Origin: Myxococcota bacterium
GTDB taxonomy: Bacteria; Myxococcota_A; Polyangia; Polyangiales; Ga0077539
Direction of reading: 5' to 3'
Assembly: GCA_052035985.1 (NCBI GenBank)
Contig: JBPOHC010000034.1
Location: forward strand, 1,320 to 65,319
DNA: 64,000 nucleotides
Shown here: positions 38,448-46,953 of the stretch, in pieces
How the letters are laid out: every line of letters begins with the position of its first letter
Numbering within the stretch: position 1 is the first letter of the stretch
Position numbers and translations under genes: made by a program
The notes under the pieces: model-generated
Told to the model about the DNA's origin: nothing
The model's database searches: none
What the model saw: the letters and a program-made list of their open reading frames with translations, nothing else

Positions 38448-40997
38448 GTGACGCAAGAACCACATCGTCCCGCGCTCCCGCGAGCGAGCGCGACGGCCCT
38501 CCTCTGCCTCGTCGCGTGCCGCGCGACGACGGCCTCAACCCCGCCCCCCACGACACCCCCGATCACAGCCGCCGAGCGGAGCGCCGAGGGAGACGTCTTC
38601 GTGCGCGCCGTCGACGCGCCCGCGATGCCCACCTGCGAGGCCACCGACGCGATCACCGCGGCGGCCCTCTCCGAAGGCGTCGCCGCGGCGCCCGCCCTCG
38701 CGCGACGGGGCGACGGCGGACTCGTCGCGTTCGTGACCGATCCGCACGGAGACGGCGCGACGAAGATCGACATCCTCGGCCTCGGCGCGCAGGGTTCTCC
38801 CGCCGACGAGAGCGGCGCCACGCGCCCCATCGTGGAGCTCGCGGACATGGGCGTCGCGCCGAACCTCCCGGCCCTCGCGCCGTGGCGTGAGGGATACCTC
38901 CTCGCGTGGCGCGCGGGCGCTCCGGGGCAGCAGCGCGTGATGACCCGCGCGCTCGACGCGCGAGGCATTCCCACGGGCGATGTGCACACGCACGGCGTCG
39001 CGGGATGGCTCGGCGCCCCGTCGCTCCTCGTGCGCGGAGAGCACTGGTTCGTGGCCGTCGCGAGGAGCGCTTCGCGCGTCGCGAACGCGGGCGCAGACGA
39101 GGGCGTCGCGTGGGCCTCGCACGTCGACCTCCTCTCGGACGATGGTCCCACACGGTCGACCGCGGCGCCCGATGGGGGCGTCTTCGACGGGAGCGCGCCG
39201 ACCCTCGTGAGCGCCCCCGACGGCCCGCGGATCTACGTCACGGCGATGCGCCGCGGAGGCGTCCCCGGAGACGAGCGCGCCCTCCTCGCGATCGACGGGA
39301 CCGACGTCACGATGGTGGCGCGCGACCTCGATCACCCCGCGGCGCTCCCGGTCGACGGCGGCGTGCTCGTCGCGTGGCGCGCGCGCATGACCCGCCACGA
39401 CGCGTCGATCCGCTCGGTGCTCCTGCCCTTCGACGGGGAGCCCGCTGCGCCGCCCGTCACGCTCTCGACCTACCGCGGCGCGTACGAAGCGCAGGTGGCC
39501 CTCGCGCCGCTCGCGCGCGACCTCGTCGCGGCCTTCACCATCTCGACCCTCGCGGACGACGGCGCGGGCTCGCTCAACGCGTCGCTCCTCGACGTCCGCG
39601 GCGGATACATCGGCCGCGCGCCGCTGCTCACGGGCTTTCCCACGAGGCGCTCGCGCGTCGTGGCCGCGAGCGCGCCGACGGGCGCGAGCGACGACAGCGT
39701 GTGGTTCGCCATCGACGGACGCGACGCCGACGGGTCCGGTCCTGAGCTCCTCCTCACGCGCGCGAGCTGCGACGCGTCTCGTCCGCGAGAGCGCCTCGAC
39801 GTGCCCCCGGGGACCTTCGTGCAAGACCTCTCGGCCCCCGACGCGGCCCCTGTGAGCCTCGCGCGAAACGCCTCTGAAATGCGCTGTCAGGTGCGCTCGA
39901 CGGGCGCCTTCACACCGCACGTCTCGGGCTCCGAGAACGGCCTCGCGGGCACGAGCGGCGGCGTCGCGGTCACCGCCTCGGGCGCGGTGCTCATGGCGAT
40001 CACGAAGTCCGACGGCGCCGCGCGGCCCAAGCTCATGCTCTCGACGCTCGACGCGCAGGGGCGCCTCTCGCCCGCGCGCGCCGTGATGGACAACCCCGCG
40101 CACCTCCTCGCGCTCGAACCCGTCGCGGGCGGAGCCCTCGCGGTGGTGACGTACACCTTTCAGAGCGCCGAGCGCGCCGACGTGGTGTTCGTGCGCGGCG
40201 CGACGGTGACGCACTCGCTCATGCCCACGGGGCTGCGGAACCCGTCGTCCGCGGTGATCGCGCAGTCGGGCGCGATCTTCGTCGTGGGAGAGAGCGACGC
40301 GGGTGACACCGTGCTCGCGCAGATCCCGTGGACCGCGGGGCGCGCGGGCGCACCCGTTCCGCTCGCGAGGCTGCGCGCGGGCGACGCGGTGCTCGACGCC
40401 ACGCGACAGGGGACCGAGACGCTGGTGCTCCTCGCGCGCCCCGACGCGATGGGATCGGCCGTGGCGCAGTCGATCACGAGGGTCGTCGTGCCCGACGGCG
40501 CGAGACCCACGGAGGCCGTACGCAACGCGCGAGACCCCTTCGCGGACCCCATCGGTCACGCGCGCGGAACGGCCCTCTGGGCGCGGGTTTCGAACGCTCC
40601 TGCGCTCGTGTACGACGAGCGAAACACGCTGCGAATCGCGGAGGTTTCTAGCGCTCAGGTGCGGTCTCCGAGGAGCGCCCTCGAGGTGCTCCCGGGCGGC
40701 GGCGAGGTGCTCTCGTCGTCGTGGAGCGCCGATGCGCGCTGGCTCGCGCTCTCGACGGGCTACGCCGACGAGCAGCACGCGTCGCTGCGCGCGGTGACGC
40801 TGGCCGCCATCGATCAGCGCGGCGAAGCGGCCGTGACCGCGCGGCTCCCCGATGACCCCAACGCCATCGCCGAGGGAACCGTGATCGGCGCGAACGGAGA
40901 CCGCGTGGTGGTGCTGCATCCCCGCAACGAGCCGCGCGGAGGCATCACGTGGGCGTGGGTCGAAGCGACGTGTTCGAGGACGGGAGGCGGTCGATGA
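38448..40997 (+). CDS. Large hypothetical lipoprotein (two internal modules of about 410-440 aa)
   Basis: GTG 38448 gives ..RASATALLCLVAC (lipobox). I recognise no family. The composition is beta-rich. The start is uncertain. Confidence 0.55.
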   Translation: MTQEPHRPALPRASATALLCLVACRATTASTPPPTTPPITAAERSAEGDVFVRAVDAPAMPTCEATDAITAAALSEGVAAAPALARRGDGGLVAFVTDPHGDGATKIDILGLGAQGSPADESGATRPIVELADMGVAPNLPALAPWREGYLLAWRAGAPGQQRVMTRALDARGIPTGDVHTHGVAGWLGAPSLLVRGEHWFVAVARSASRVANAGADEGVAWASHVDLLSDDGPTRSTAAPDGGVFDGSAPTLVSAPDGPRIYVTAMRRGGVPGDERALLAIDGTDVTMVARDLDHPAALPVDGGVLVAWRARMTRHDASIRSVLLPFDGEPAAPPVTLSTYRGAYEAQVALAPLARDLVAAFTISTLADDGAGSLNASLLDVRGGYIGRAPLLTGFPTRRSRVVAASAPTGASDDSVWFAIDGRDADGSGPELLLTRASCDASRPRERLDVPPGTFVQDLSAPDAAPVSLARNASEMRCQVRSTGAFTPHVSGSENGLAGTSGGVAVTASGAVLMAITKSDGAARPKLMLSTLDAQGRLSPARAVMDNPAHLLALEPVAGGALAVVTYTFQSAERADVVFVRGATVTHSLMPTGLRNPSSAVIAQSGAIFVVGESDAGDTVLAQIPWTAGRAGAPVPLARLRAGDAVLDATRQGTETLVLLARPDAMGSAVAQSITRVVVPDGARPTEAVRNARDPFADPIGHARGTALWARVSNAPALVYDERNTLRIAEVSSAQVRSPRSALEVLPGGGEVLSSSWSADARWLALSTGYADEQHASLRAVTLAAIDQRGEAAVTARLPDDPNAIAEGTVIGANGDRVVVLHPRNEPRGGITWAWVEATCSRTGGGR

Positions 40998-42346
40998 AGC
41001 GCACGACGAGATCACTCTTCGCAGTCATTTCAGCGCTGACGGCCAGCATCACCCTCGACGCCGCGGCGCAGTCGCGCGAGCCGCTCTGCGTGACCACGGA
41101 GGTTCGTCGCATCGCGAGCGCGCCCTTCATGCAGGTCAACGGGAGCGACTACCTCGTCGCGCTCCCGCTCCCGACGCCCGCGCGCGAGGGAGCGGCCTTC
41201 GTGGTGGCCGTTCGAGACCCCGATCACAGCCTGCGCGTAGGCGACGCGCGGGGCCTCACGCGCACCGTCGACGAGATGGAGTTCCACGCGCCCTACCGCG
41301 CGCCCGAGCGAGACCCGGGCCTCGCGGTGATGCGCCTCGACCGCGCGATGCGGCTCGTGGGTGAGGCCCTCTTCGTGCCCGATCCGGTGCGCGGAGAGCG
41401 CGGCGAGGAGACCTTTCCGCCAGGGATTCCAGCGGGTGTCACGGTCGATGACGGCGTGCTCGTCGCGGAGCACATCGCGGGTGACCTCTACGTGACCGTG
41501 GTGCCTCCGTCGGGCGCCGTTCAACCTCCACGGCGCCTCGCGCAATCGCCCGTGGCCTCGACGGGACACCGCGGCTTCGTGTGGATCACCGCGGCGCCGC
41601 GCGTGCGTGACGGAGCCCGCGGCGCGGCCGTGCTCGCGGGCACCGACGACGGCGAGGTCGTCGCCCTCGACCTCGACGGACACGGCGTCCCCCGCGGCGC
41701 GCCCGTCGTGTGGCAGCAGCACGTGGGCGGCGCGATGCAGCTCGTGGCGATCCCTGAAGCGAGCGAGCCAGTAGCGATCCTCGAGCGTCCCGTGCGGGGC
41801 ACCACGATGACCGGCGACCGCGCGCGGGAGCAGGTGCTCGTGCGACTCTCGCCGACGCTCGAACCCGTGGGCGAACCCGAGCGACTGGGCCTCGGCCCCT
41901 ACCCCACCACCGCCGTCGCCCGAGGGAGAGACCTCGTGATCGCGCAGTGGGCCGAGTCTCGCGGCATCGCCATCTCGACCCTCGCCGTCGAGCACGGCGC
42001 GCCCCACGTCGAGCTCCCGCGCATCTGGACCACCGACCCCCTCGAAGGCATCCCCCTCGCCCACGCCACCGTGCGCGGCGCAGGGAACGTCATCTACGAC
42101 CTCATGCTCCACGGCGACGACACGGCGGGGGGCCTCCACGCCTACGTGACGCACATCCCGCCCGCGGGCACGCCGTACCCGAGGCGCGACGTGATCCCCC
42201 TTCGCGCAAGGGTGATCGCGCGCCCGGCCCTGCTCCCCGCCGAAGACGGAGTCGCCGTCGTGATGGCCACCTACGACGAGCTCGGGGGCGGGGTCGACGT
42301 CGCACACGTGCGATGCGAAATGCTCACGCTCCCCGCACGTCCGTAG
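40994..42346 (+). CDS. Hypothetical secreted protein (third module of the same type)
   Basis: ATG 40994 overlaps the upstream stop (ATGA). It has the signal peptide MKRTTRSLFAVISALTASITLDAAAQ and shares motif style with the upstream protein. Confidence 0.6.
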   Translation: MKRTTRSLFAVISALTASITLDAAAQSREPLCVTTEVRRIASAPFMQVNGSDYLVALPLPTPAREGAAFVVAVRDPDHSLRVGDARGLTRTVDEMEFHAPYRAPERDPGLAVMRLDRAMRLVGEALFVPDPVRGERGEETFPPGIPAGVTVDDGVLVAEHIAGDLYVTVVPPSGAVQPPRRLAQSPVASTGHRGFVWITAAPRVRDGARGAAVLAGTDDGEVVALDLDGHGVPRGAPVVWQQHVGGAMQLVAIPEASEPVAILERPVRGTTMTGDRAREQVLVRLSPTLEPVGEPERLGLGPYPTTAVARGRDLVIAQWAESRGIAISTLAVEHGAPHVELPRIWTTDPLEGIPLAHATVRGAGNVIYDLMLHGDDTAGGLHAYVTHIPPAGTPYPRRDVIPLRARVIARPALLPAEDGVAVVMATYDELGGGVDVAHVRCEMLTLPARP

Positions 42347-42410
42347 ATTTTCAGTTCGTGATAGAAACGTCCCGCGGGGCTCCCATCGACCGCCCCCCAG
42401 GACGGAGTAC

Positions 42411-44717
42411 ATGCGCACCCTTCTTAGTCCGCGCCTCTCCCTCGCTCTGTTGGCGTTGACGAGCTGTTCGCTCATCGTCGACCCCGACACTTCGAACCTT
42501 CAGCCGCGCCCTGGCGCCGACGGATCGACCACCGACACGCCCGTCGCCGACACCGCGCCTGACAGCGTTCCGCCGGAAGACGTGCCGCAGGGAGATGTCG
42601 CTCCCGATGAGCTGCCGCCCTCCGACGTGCCTCCCACGGACACGCCGCCTCCGCTCGACGTGCCGCCCGTCGATGTTCCGCCCGTCGATGTTCCGCCCGA
42701 CGATGTTCCGCCCGTCGATGTTCCGCCCGTCGATGTTCCGCCCGTCGATGTGCCTCCCGTCGATGTTCCGCCCGTCGATGTGCCCGTCACGTGCTCGGGC
42801 ACGACACGCCTCTGCGGTGACGTCTGCGTCGACGTGCAGAGCGATCCGCGCAACTGCGGCGCCTGCGGCAGCGCGTGCATCGCCGGTCAGGCGTGCATGG
42901 CCGGCGTCTGCATGACCGTCACCACCTGCGCGGCACCTCGGATGATGTGCGGGAGCGCGTGCGTCGACCCTCGCTCCGACGCGGCCAACTGCGGCGCGTG
43001 CGGAACCACCTGTCCCTCTGGCGCGGCCTGCACCGCGGGGATCTGCCGCTGCGCGAGCGGACAGAGCATCTGCCGCGACGCCTGCGTCGACACGCAGACC
43101 GACGAGCAGAACTGCGGCTCGTGCGGGCGCGTGTGCGCCGCCACCGAGACGTGCACCGCGGGGGCCTGCGTGCCCGTGTGCACGGGCTTCCAGCGTCTCT
43201 GCGGGACCGTCTGCGTCGACATCCAGAGCGACGCGCGCAACTGCGGCGCGTGCGGCACCGCGTGTCGCGCGAGCGAGACCTGCGCCGCGGGCGTCTGCAC
43301 GCCCACGTGCGCCGCGCCCCTGATGGTGTGCGGGTCGTCGTGCGTCGACATCACCAGTTCGAACACCCACTGCGGCCGCTGCAACAACGCGTGCGCCGTC
43401 GGTGAGCTCTGCACCGCGGGGGCCTGCGCGCCGATCTGCTCGGGCGGTCAGACCCTCTGCGGCGCGAGCTGCACCGACACCCGCAGCGATCCCCGCAACT
43501 GCGGACGCTGCGGCAACGCGTGCCCCACCGGGCAGTCGTGCACCGCGGGCACCTGCCGCGCGATCTGCCCCACGGGACAGTCCCTCTGCGGCGGCACCTG
43601 CGTCGACCTCCGCATCGACCCGCGCAACTGCGGCGCGTGCGGAACGACCTGCCCCGCGGGCCTCGTGTGCTCCGCGGGCGCTTGCAACTGCGCGTGCCCC
43701 ACGGGCAACACCTGCTGCCCCACGGGCACGGGCTCCGTCGGCTGCACCCTGCTCACCATCGACCCGCGCAACTGCGGTCGCTGCGGCAACGTCTGCCCCA
43801 CCGGTCAGATCTGCACCGCGGGCGCGTGCATGGCCATCTCCACCTGCGCGGCGCCTCGGACCATGTGCGGTGCGGCCTGCGTCGACACGACGACCGATTC
43901 GATGAACTGCGGCGCGTGCGGTCGCGCGTGCGGCGCGGGGCAGTCGTGCGTGGCGGGGGCGTGCGCGTGCCCCACGGGCCAGACCCTCTGCGGCGGCCGC
44001 TGCGTCTCGACGGCGACCGACTCGGCGAACTGCGGCATGTGCGGGCGCGTGTGCGCCACGGGCCAGGCTTGCTCGGGCGGCATGTGCGGCTGCGTGGCGC
44101 CCTCGATCGTGTGCGGCGGGACCTGCACCAACGTGCAGACCGACAGGCGTAACTGTGGCGCCTGCGGGACGGTCTGCGCCACCGGCCAGACCTGCACCAC
44201 GGGTCGCTGCGCGTGCCCCACGGGCTCGACGCTGAGCGGCGGCATCTGCGTGAGCCTCGCGAGCGATCCGCGTAACTGCGGCTCCGTCGGCAACCGCTGC
44301 CGCGCCGATCAGATGTGCTCCGCGAGCCGCTGCGTGTGCCGCGCGGGTCTCACGCAGATCACGGGCGGCCTCTGCACCGACCTCCAGGCGTCGCCCAACA
44401 ACTGCGGCACGCTCGGCAACCGCTGCGGGATGGGCCAGGCGTGCGTCGCGGGTCGCTGCCAGTCGTCGGGCAACTGCACCTCGCCCAACACGAACTGCGG
44501 CGGCTGGTGCGTGAACCGCAACACGCACCCCTACAACTGCGGCTCGTGCGGCAACATCTGCGACCAGAACCAGATCTGCGTCGCGGGGCAGTGCCGGACC
44601 TTCGTCGCGCCCGCGGGCTGCACCACCTGCCCCTGCACCTGCGCGACGGCGTCTACGTGCTGCTCCGCGCAGGACCGCATGGCCGGCGTGTGCGTGTCGG
44701 GCACCGCCTGCCCGTGA
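42411..44717 (+). CDS. Myxobacterial cysteine-rich-repeat lipoprotein (about 14 CGxCGxxC modules)
   Basis: MRTLLSPRLSLALLALTSC (lipobox), then a DVPPV tandem linker. About 14 units of about 38-40 aa of the form C(G)xxCVDxxxDxxNCGxCGxxCxxGxxCxxGxC follow. A GGACGGAG SD precedes the ATG. Confidence 0.85.
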   Translation: MRTLLSPRLSLALLALTSCSLIVDPDTSNLQPRPGADGSTTDTPVADTAPDSVPPEDVPQGDVAPDELPPSDVPPTDTPPPLDVPPVDVPPVDVPPDDVPPVDVPPVDVPPVDVPPVDVPPVDVPVTCSGTTRLCGDVCVDVQSDPRNCGACGSACIAGQACMAGVCMTVTTCAAPRMMCGSACVDPRSDAANCGACGTTCPSGAACTAGICRCASGQSICRDACVDTQTDEQNCGSCGRVCAATETCTAGACVPVCTGFQRLCGTVCVDIQSDARNCGACGTACRASETCAAGVCTPTCAAPLMVCGSSCVDITSSNTHCGRCNNACAVGELCTAGACAPICSGGQTLCGASCTDTRSDPRNCGRCGNACPTGQSCTAGTCRAICPTGQSLCGGTCVDLRIDPRNCGACGTTCPAGLVCSAGACNCACPTGNTCCPTGTGSVGCTLLTIDPRNCGRCGNVCPTGQICTAGACMAISTCAAPRTMCGAACVDTTTDSMNCGACGRACGAGQSCVAGACACPTGQTLCGGRCVSTATDSANCGMCGRVCATGQACSGGMCGCVAPSIVCGGTCTNVQTDRRNCGACGTVCATGQTCTTGRCACPTGSTLSGGICVSLASDPRNCGSVGNRCRADQMCSASRCVCRAGLTQITGGLCTDLQASPNNCGTLGNRCGMGQACVAGRCQSSGNCTSPNTNCGGWCVNRNTHPYNCGSCGNICDQNQICVAGQCRTFVAPAGCTTCPCTCATASTCCSAQDRMAGVCVSGTACP
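42660..42779 (+). repeat. 15-bp tandem repeat (8 units) encoding (D)VPPVD
   Basis: 8 consecutive copies of gt(t/g)cc(g/t)cccg(t/a)cgat. Six of the units are gttccgcccgtcgat or differ from it by one base. Confidence 0.9.
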
Positions 44718-44731
44718 CGCCGCGCGGATGA

Positions 44732-44770
44732 GCGCCGACCTCGGAGACACTCCCTCTCCGCGGTCGGCGC
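44732..44770. terminator. Compound 15-bp-stem hairpin between convergent genes (candidate bidirectional terminator)
   Basis: GCGCCGACC-t-CGGAGA-cactccc-TCTCCG-c-GGTCGGCGC. It lies in the 101-nt gap between the stops at 44717 (+) and 44819 (-). Confidence 0.5.
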
Positions 44771-44818
44771 CGACGCGCTCCCTCCCTCAGACTCACTTCA
44801 GAGCAACAACTCCAGACG

Positions 44819-45781
44819 TTACGCGTTGAGCGCGTCGATGATCTCGTCGACGGCCTTGCGCGCGCGCGCCATCTCCTGCGGCGGGAGCGAGATGGCGCCC
44901 ACGACGGGGTGTCCGCCGCCGCCGTAGCGCTCGCAGAGGGCGGCGATGTTGTGCTTGCGCTCGCGCTTCGCCCAGGGGTTGAAGCCCACGGAGATCTTCA
45001 CGCGCTTGGGGTTGCGCGAGAGCACCACGGAGTACTGCGCCGTGGGGAAGAGCTTGTATCCGACGAACTTCGCGACGGTCTCGAGGGGCGAGTCGGAGAG
45101 GTCGAACCAGGCCACGTCGCGGCGCTGCTCGCCCGACTCGGCCATGCGCTTCGAGAGCGTCTCGTGGCGCAGCTTGATGGGCCCGAGGCGCTGCGTCACG
45201 AGCGGGAGCGCGGCCACCTCGGCGAGGGGCTTCGAAGCGAGCAGCGGGATGAGCTGCGCGTTGAGCGTGTCGTCGCCCTGCTCCTGCACGACGGCGGCGA
45301 TCGCCATCGCGGGCGGGTCGAAGGAGCTCGCCACGTCGGCGTCGGGGAAGCGCGCCGCGTCGATGATGTCTGACCACGAGACGAGCTCGTCGAGGTCGGG
45401 GGCGGTCCACCCGAAGCGCTCGCGGGCCACGTCGATGAGGAGCTGCGTGCAGCTCCCGTAGGTGCCGTCGTGGAACTTCTTGCCCGTGGTGTCGGCGCGG
45501 AAGTGGACCTCGGAGCCCTTCTCCTGAAACGCGCTCACGTGGTGGTCGAAGTACCAGGTGAGGAGCTCCGACGGGCTGTAGCGGTAGTCGAGCAGGGCGT
45601 TGATCGCGCCGCGCTTCAAGCGGTCGCCGGGCGGCGGCGCGTTGGGCTCGTAGAGCAGTCCCTTGTACGAGAACTCGGCGCGCGCGAGGTCCGGCGATGT
45701 CTCACGCAGAAAGCGCGAGAAGATCGCGGCCGACGTGGCGCCATCGAAGCAGTAACCGTGGTGGGCGACGAGGACTTCCAT
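44819..45781 (-). CDS. DHH/DHHA1-family phosphoesterase (NrnB-like)
   Basis: ATG 45781 (MEVLVAHHGYCFDGATSAAIF, HxxxxDG-type N-terminal motif). The C-terminal ..ERYGGGGHPVVGA.. carries the DHHA1 GGGH motif. Confidence 0.5.
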   Translation of the reverse strand: MEVLVAHHGYCFDGATSAAIFSRFLRETSPDLARAEFSYKGLLYEPNAPPPGDRLKRGAINALLDYRYSPSELLTWYFDHHVSAFQEKGSEVHFRADTTGKKFHDGTYGSCTQLLIDVARERFGWTAPDLDELVSWSDIIDAARFPDADVASSFDPPAMAIAAVVQEQGDDTLNAQLIPLLASKPLAEVAALPLVTQRLGPIKLRHETLSKRMAESGEQRRDVAWFDLSDSPLETVAKFVGYKLFPTAQYSVVLSRNPKRVKISVGFNPWAKRERKHNIAALCERYGGGGHPVVGAISLPPQEMARARKAVDEIIDALNA

Positions 45782-45902
45782 GTGCGGCGCACCATGCCAC
45801 CACACCGCGCGCGAAGGCAAAGCCCCGTCGCGCCGCGCGGACCTCGCGCGGATTGATCCCCTTTACGCGCAGGGCGCATTGGTTGTACCCGTGGCAGCCG
45901 CG

Positions 45903-46850
45903 ATGCGAACGCGCCAACTCGGACGGAGCGGGATCACGGTCGGCGAGATCGGCCTGGGCACATGGAGCCTCTCGGGCGACGGCTACGGCCCCGTCACGCC
46001 CGACGACGCGCGCGCGACGCTCCAAGCGGCGCTCGAAGAGGGCGTCGGGTTCATCGAGACCTCAGACTCGTACGCCGAGGGACGGGTCGAGGCGCTCATC
46101 GGCGACGTGCTCCGCGAGCGCGGACGCTCGAGCGCCGTGGTGTCGACCCGCATCGGCGTCGACCGCAGCGGCGAGGTCTCTCGCAAGCGCTTCGACCCCG
46201 AGTATCTCTCTCGCGCTTGCGAAGCCTCGCTCAAGCGCCTGAAGACCGACTACGTCGACGCGATCGTGCTCCACAACCCGCAGGTGCAGACGCTCCTGCG
46301 CCCCGAGACGTGGCACGCGCTCGGGACGCTCAAGAAGTCGGGCAAGGCGCGGCTCTACGGCGTCTCCGTGGGCAGCGTCGAGGCGGGCGAGGCCGCGGTC
46401 TCGGGCGGCGCCGACCTCCTGGTGATCCCGTACAACCTGCTCTACTCGAAGCTCCTCCACCGGCTCTCGGCGGCGCTCTCGGGCGCGAAGGTGGCGGTCG
46501 TGGCGCGCTCTCCCTTCGGCTACGGCGTGCTCGCGGACACGTGGGGCGCGAGCCGACGCTTTCGCGACGACGACCACCGGATGTACCGCTGGAGCTCGGC
46601 GGACCTCTCCCGCCGCGTCCGTCAGCGCGAGGCGCTGCGCCCGCTGATGAAGGGCGACGTCTCGTCGATGCGCGACCTCGCGCTGCGCTACGTGCTCGCC
46701 AACGGGCTCGTGAGCGTGGTGGTCCCCGGCGCGCGGATGGTCGTCCACGCGCGGCAGAACACGCACTCCGCGGGGACGACCCCGTACCTCCCCGACGCCG
46801 ACCTGGCCTCGATGGGGCAGATCCTCTCGTCGGTGGGCGTCGAGGGCTGA
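45903..46850 (+). CDS. Aldo/keto reductase
   Basis: MRTRQLGRSGITVGEIGLGTWSLSG, ..FIETSDSYAEGRVE.. and ..YVDAIVLHNP.. show the AKR pattern. Confidence 0.8.
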   Translation: MRTRQLGRSGITVGEIGLGTWSLSGDGYGPVTPDDARATLQAALEEGVGFIETSDSYAEGRVEALIGDVLRERGRSSAVVSTRIGVDRSGEVSRKRFDPEYLSRACEASLKRLKTDYVDAIVLHNPQVQTLLRPETWHALGTLKKSGKARLYGVSVGSVEAGEAAVSGGADLLVIPYNLLYSKLLHRLSAALSGAKVAVVARSPFGYGVLADTWGASRRFRDDDHRMYRWSSADLSRRVRQREALRPLMKGDVSSMRDLALRYVLANGLVSVVVPGARMVVHARQNTHSAGTTPYLPDADLASMGQILSSVGVEG

Positions 46851-46953
46851 GCGCACGGCGCGCTGGCGTTCGCCGATGTGAGGGTATAGCCTCGCGCGGC
46901 TTCTGCGACGCCCGACGTTCGTCTCGCGTCGCTCCCAGCGGAGGATCTGCTCG

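Noticed and set aside
38535-41015. 826-aa minus-strand ORF
   Set aside because: It is antisense to 38448..40997 and 40994..42346. It is Arg/Glu/Gly-rich with no signal peptide or motif. The + frame has lipobox and signal peptides and an ATGA coupling.
42660-42779. Regular short repeats as a possible CRISPR array; likewise 21398-21502 and 13459-13518
   Set aside because: The units are contiguous (12-18 bp) with no spacers. They are in-frame within coding sequence, and no cas genes are present. These are coding tandem repeats, not CRISPR.
42351-44750. 799-aa minus-strand ORF, plus other ORFs of 150-210 aa on both strands across the Cys-repeat gene
   Set aside because: The + strand frame encodes a regular lipobox followed by 14 Cys-repeat modules. 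The antisense frame is an Ala/Arg/Gly polymer without structure.
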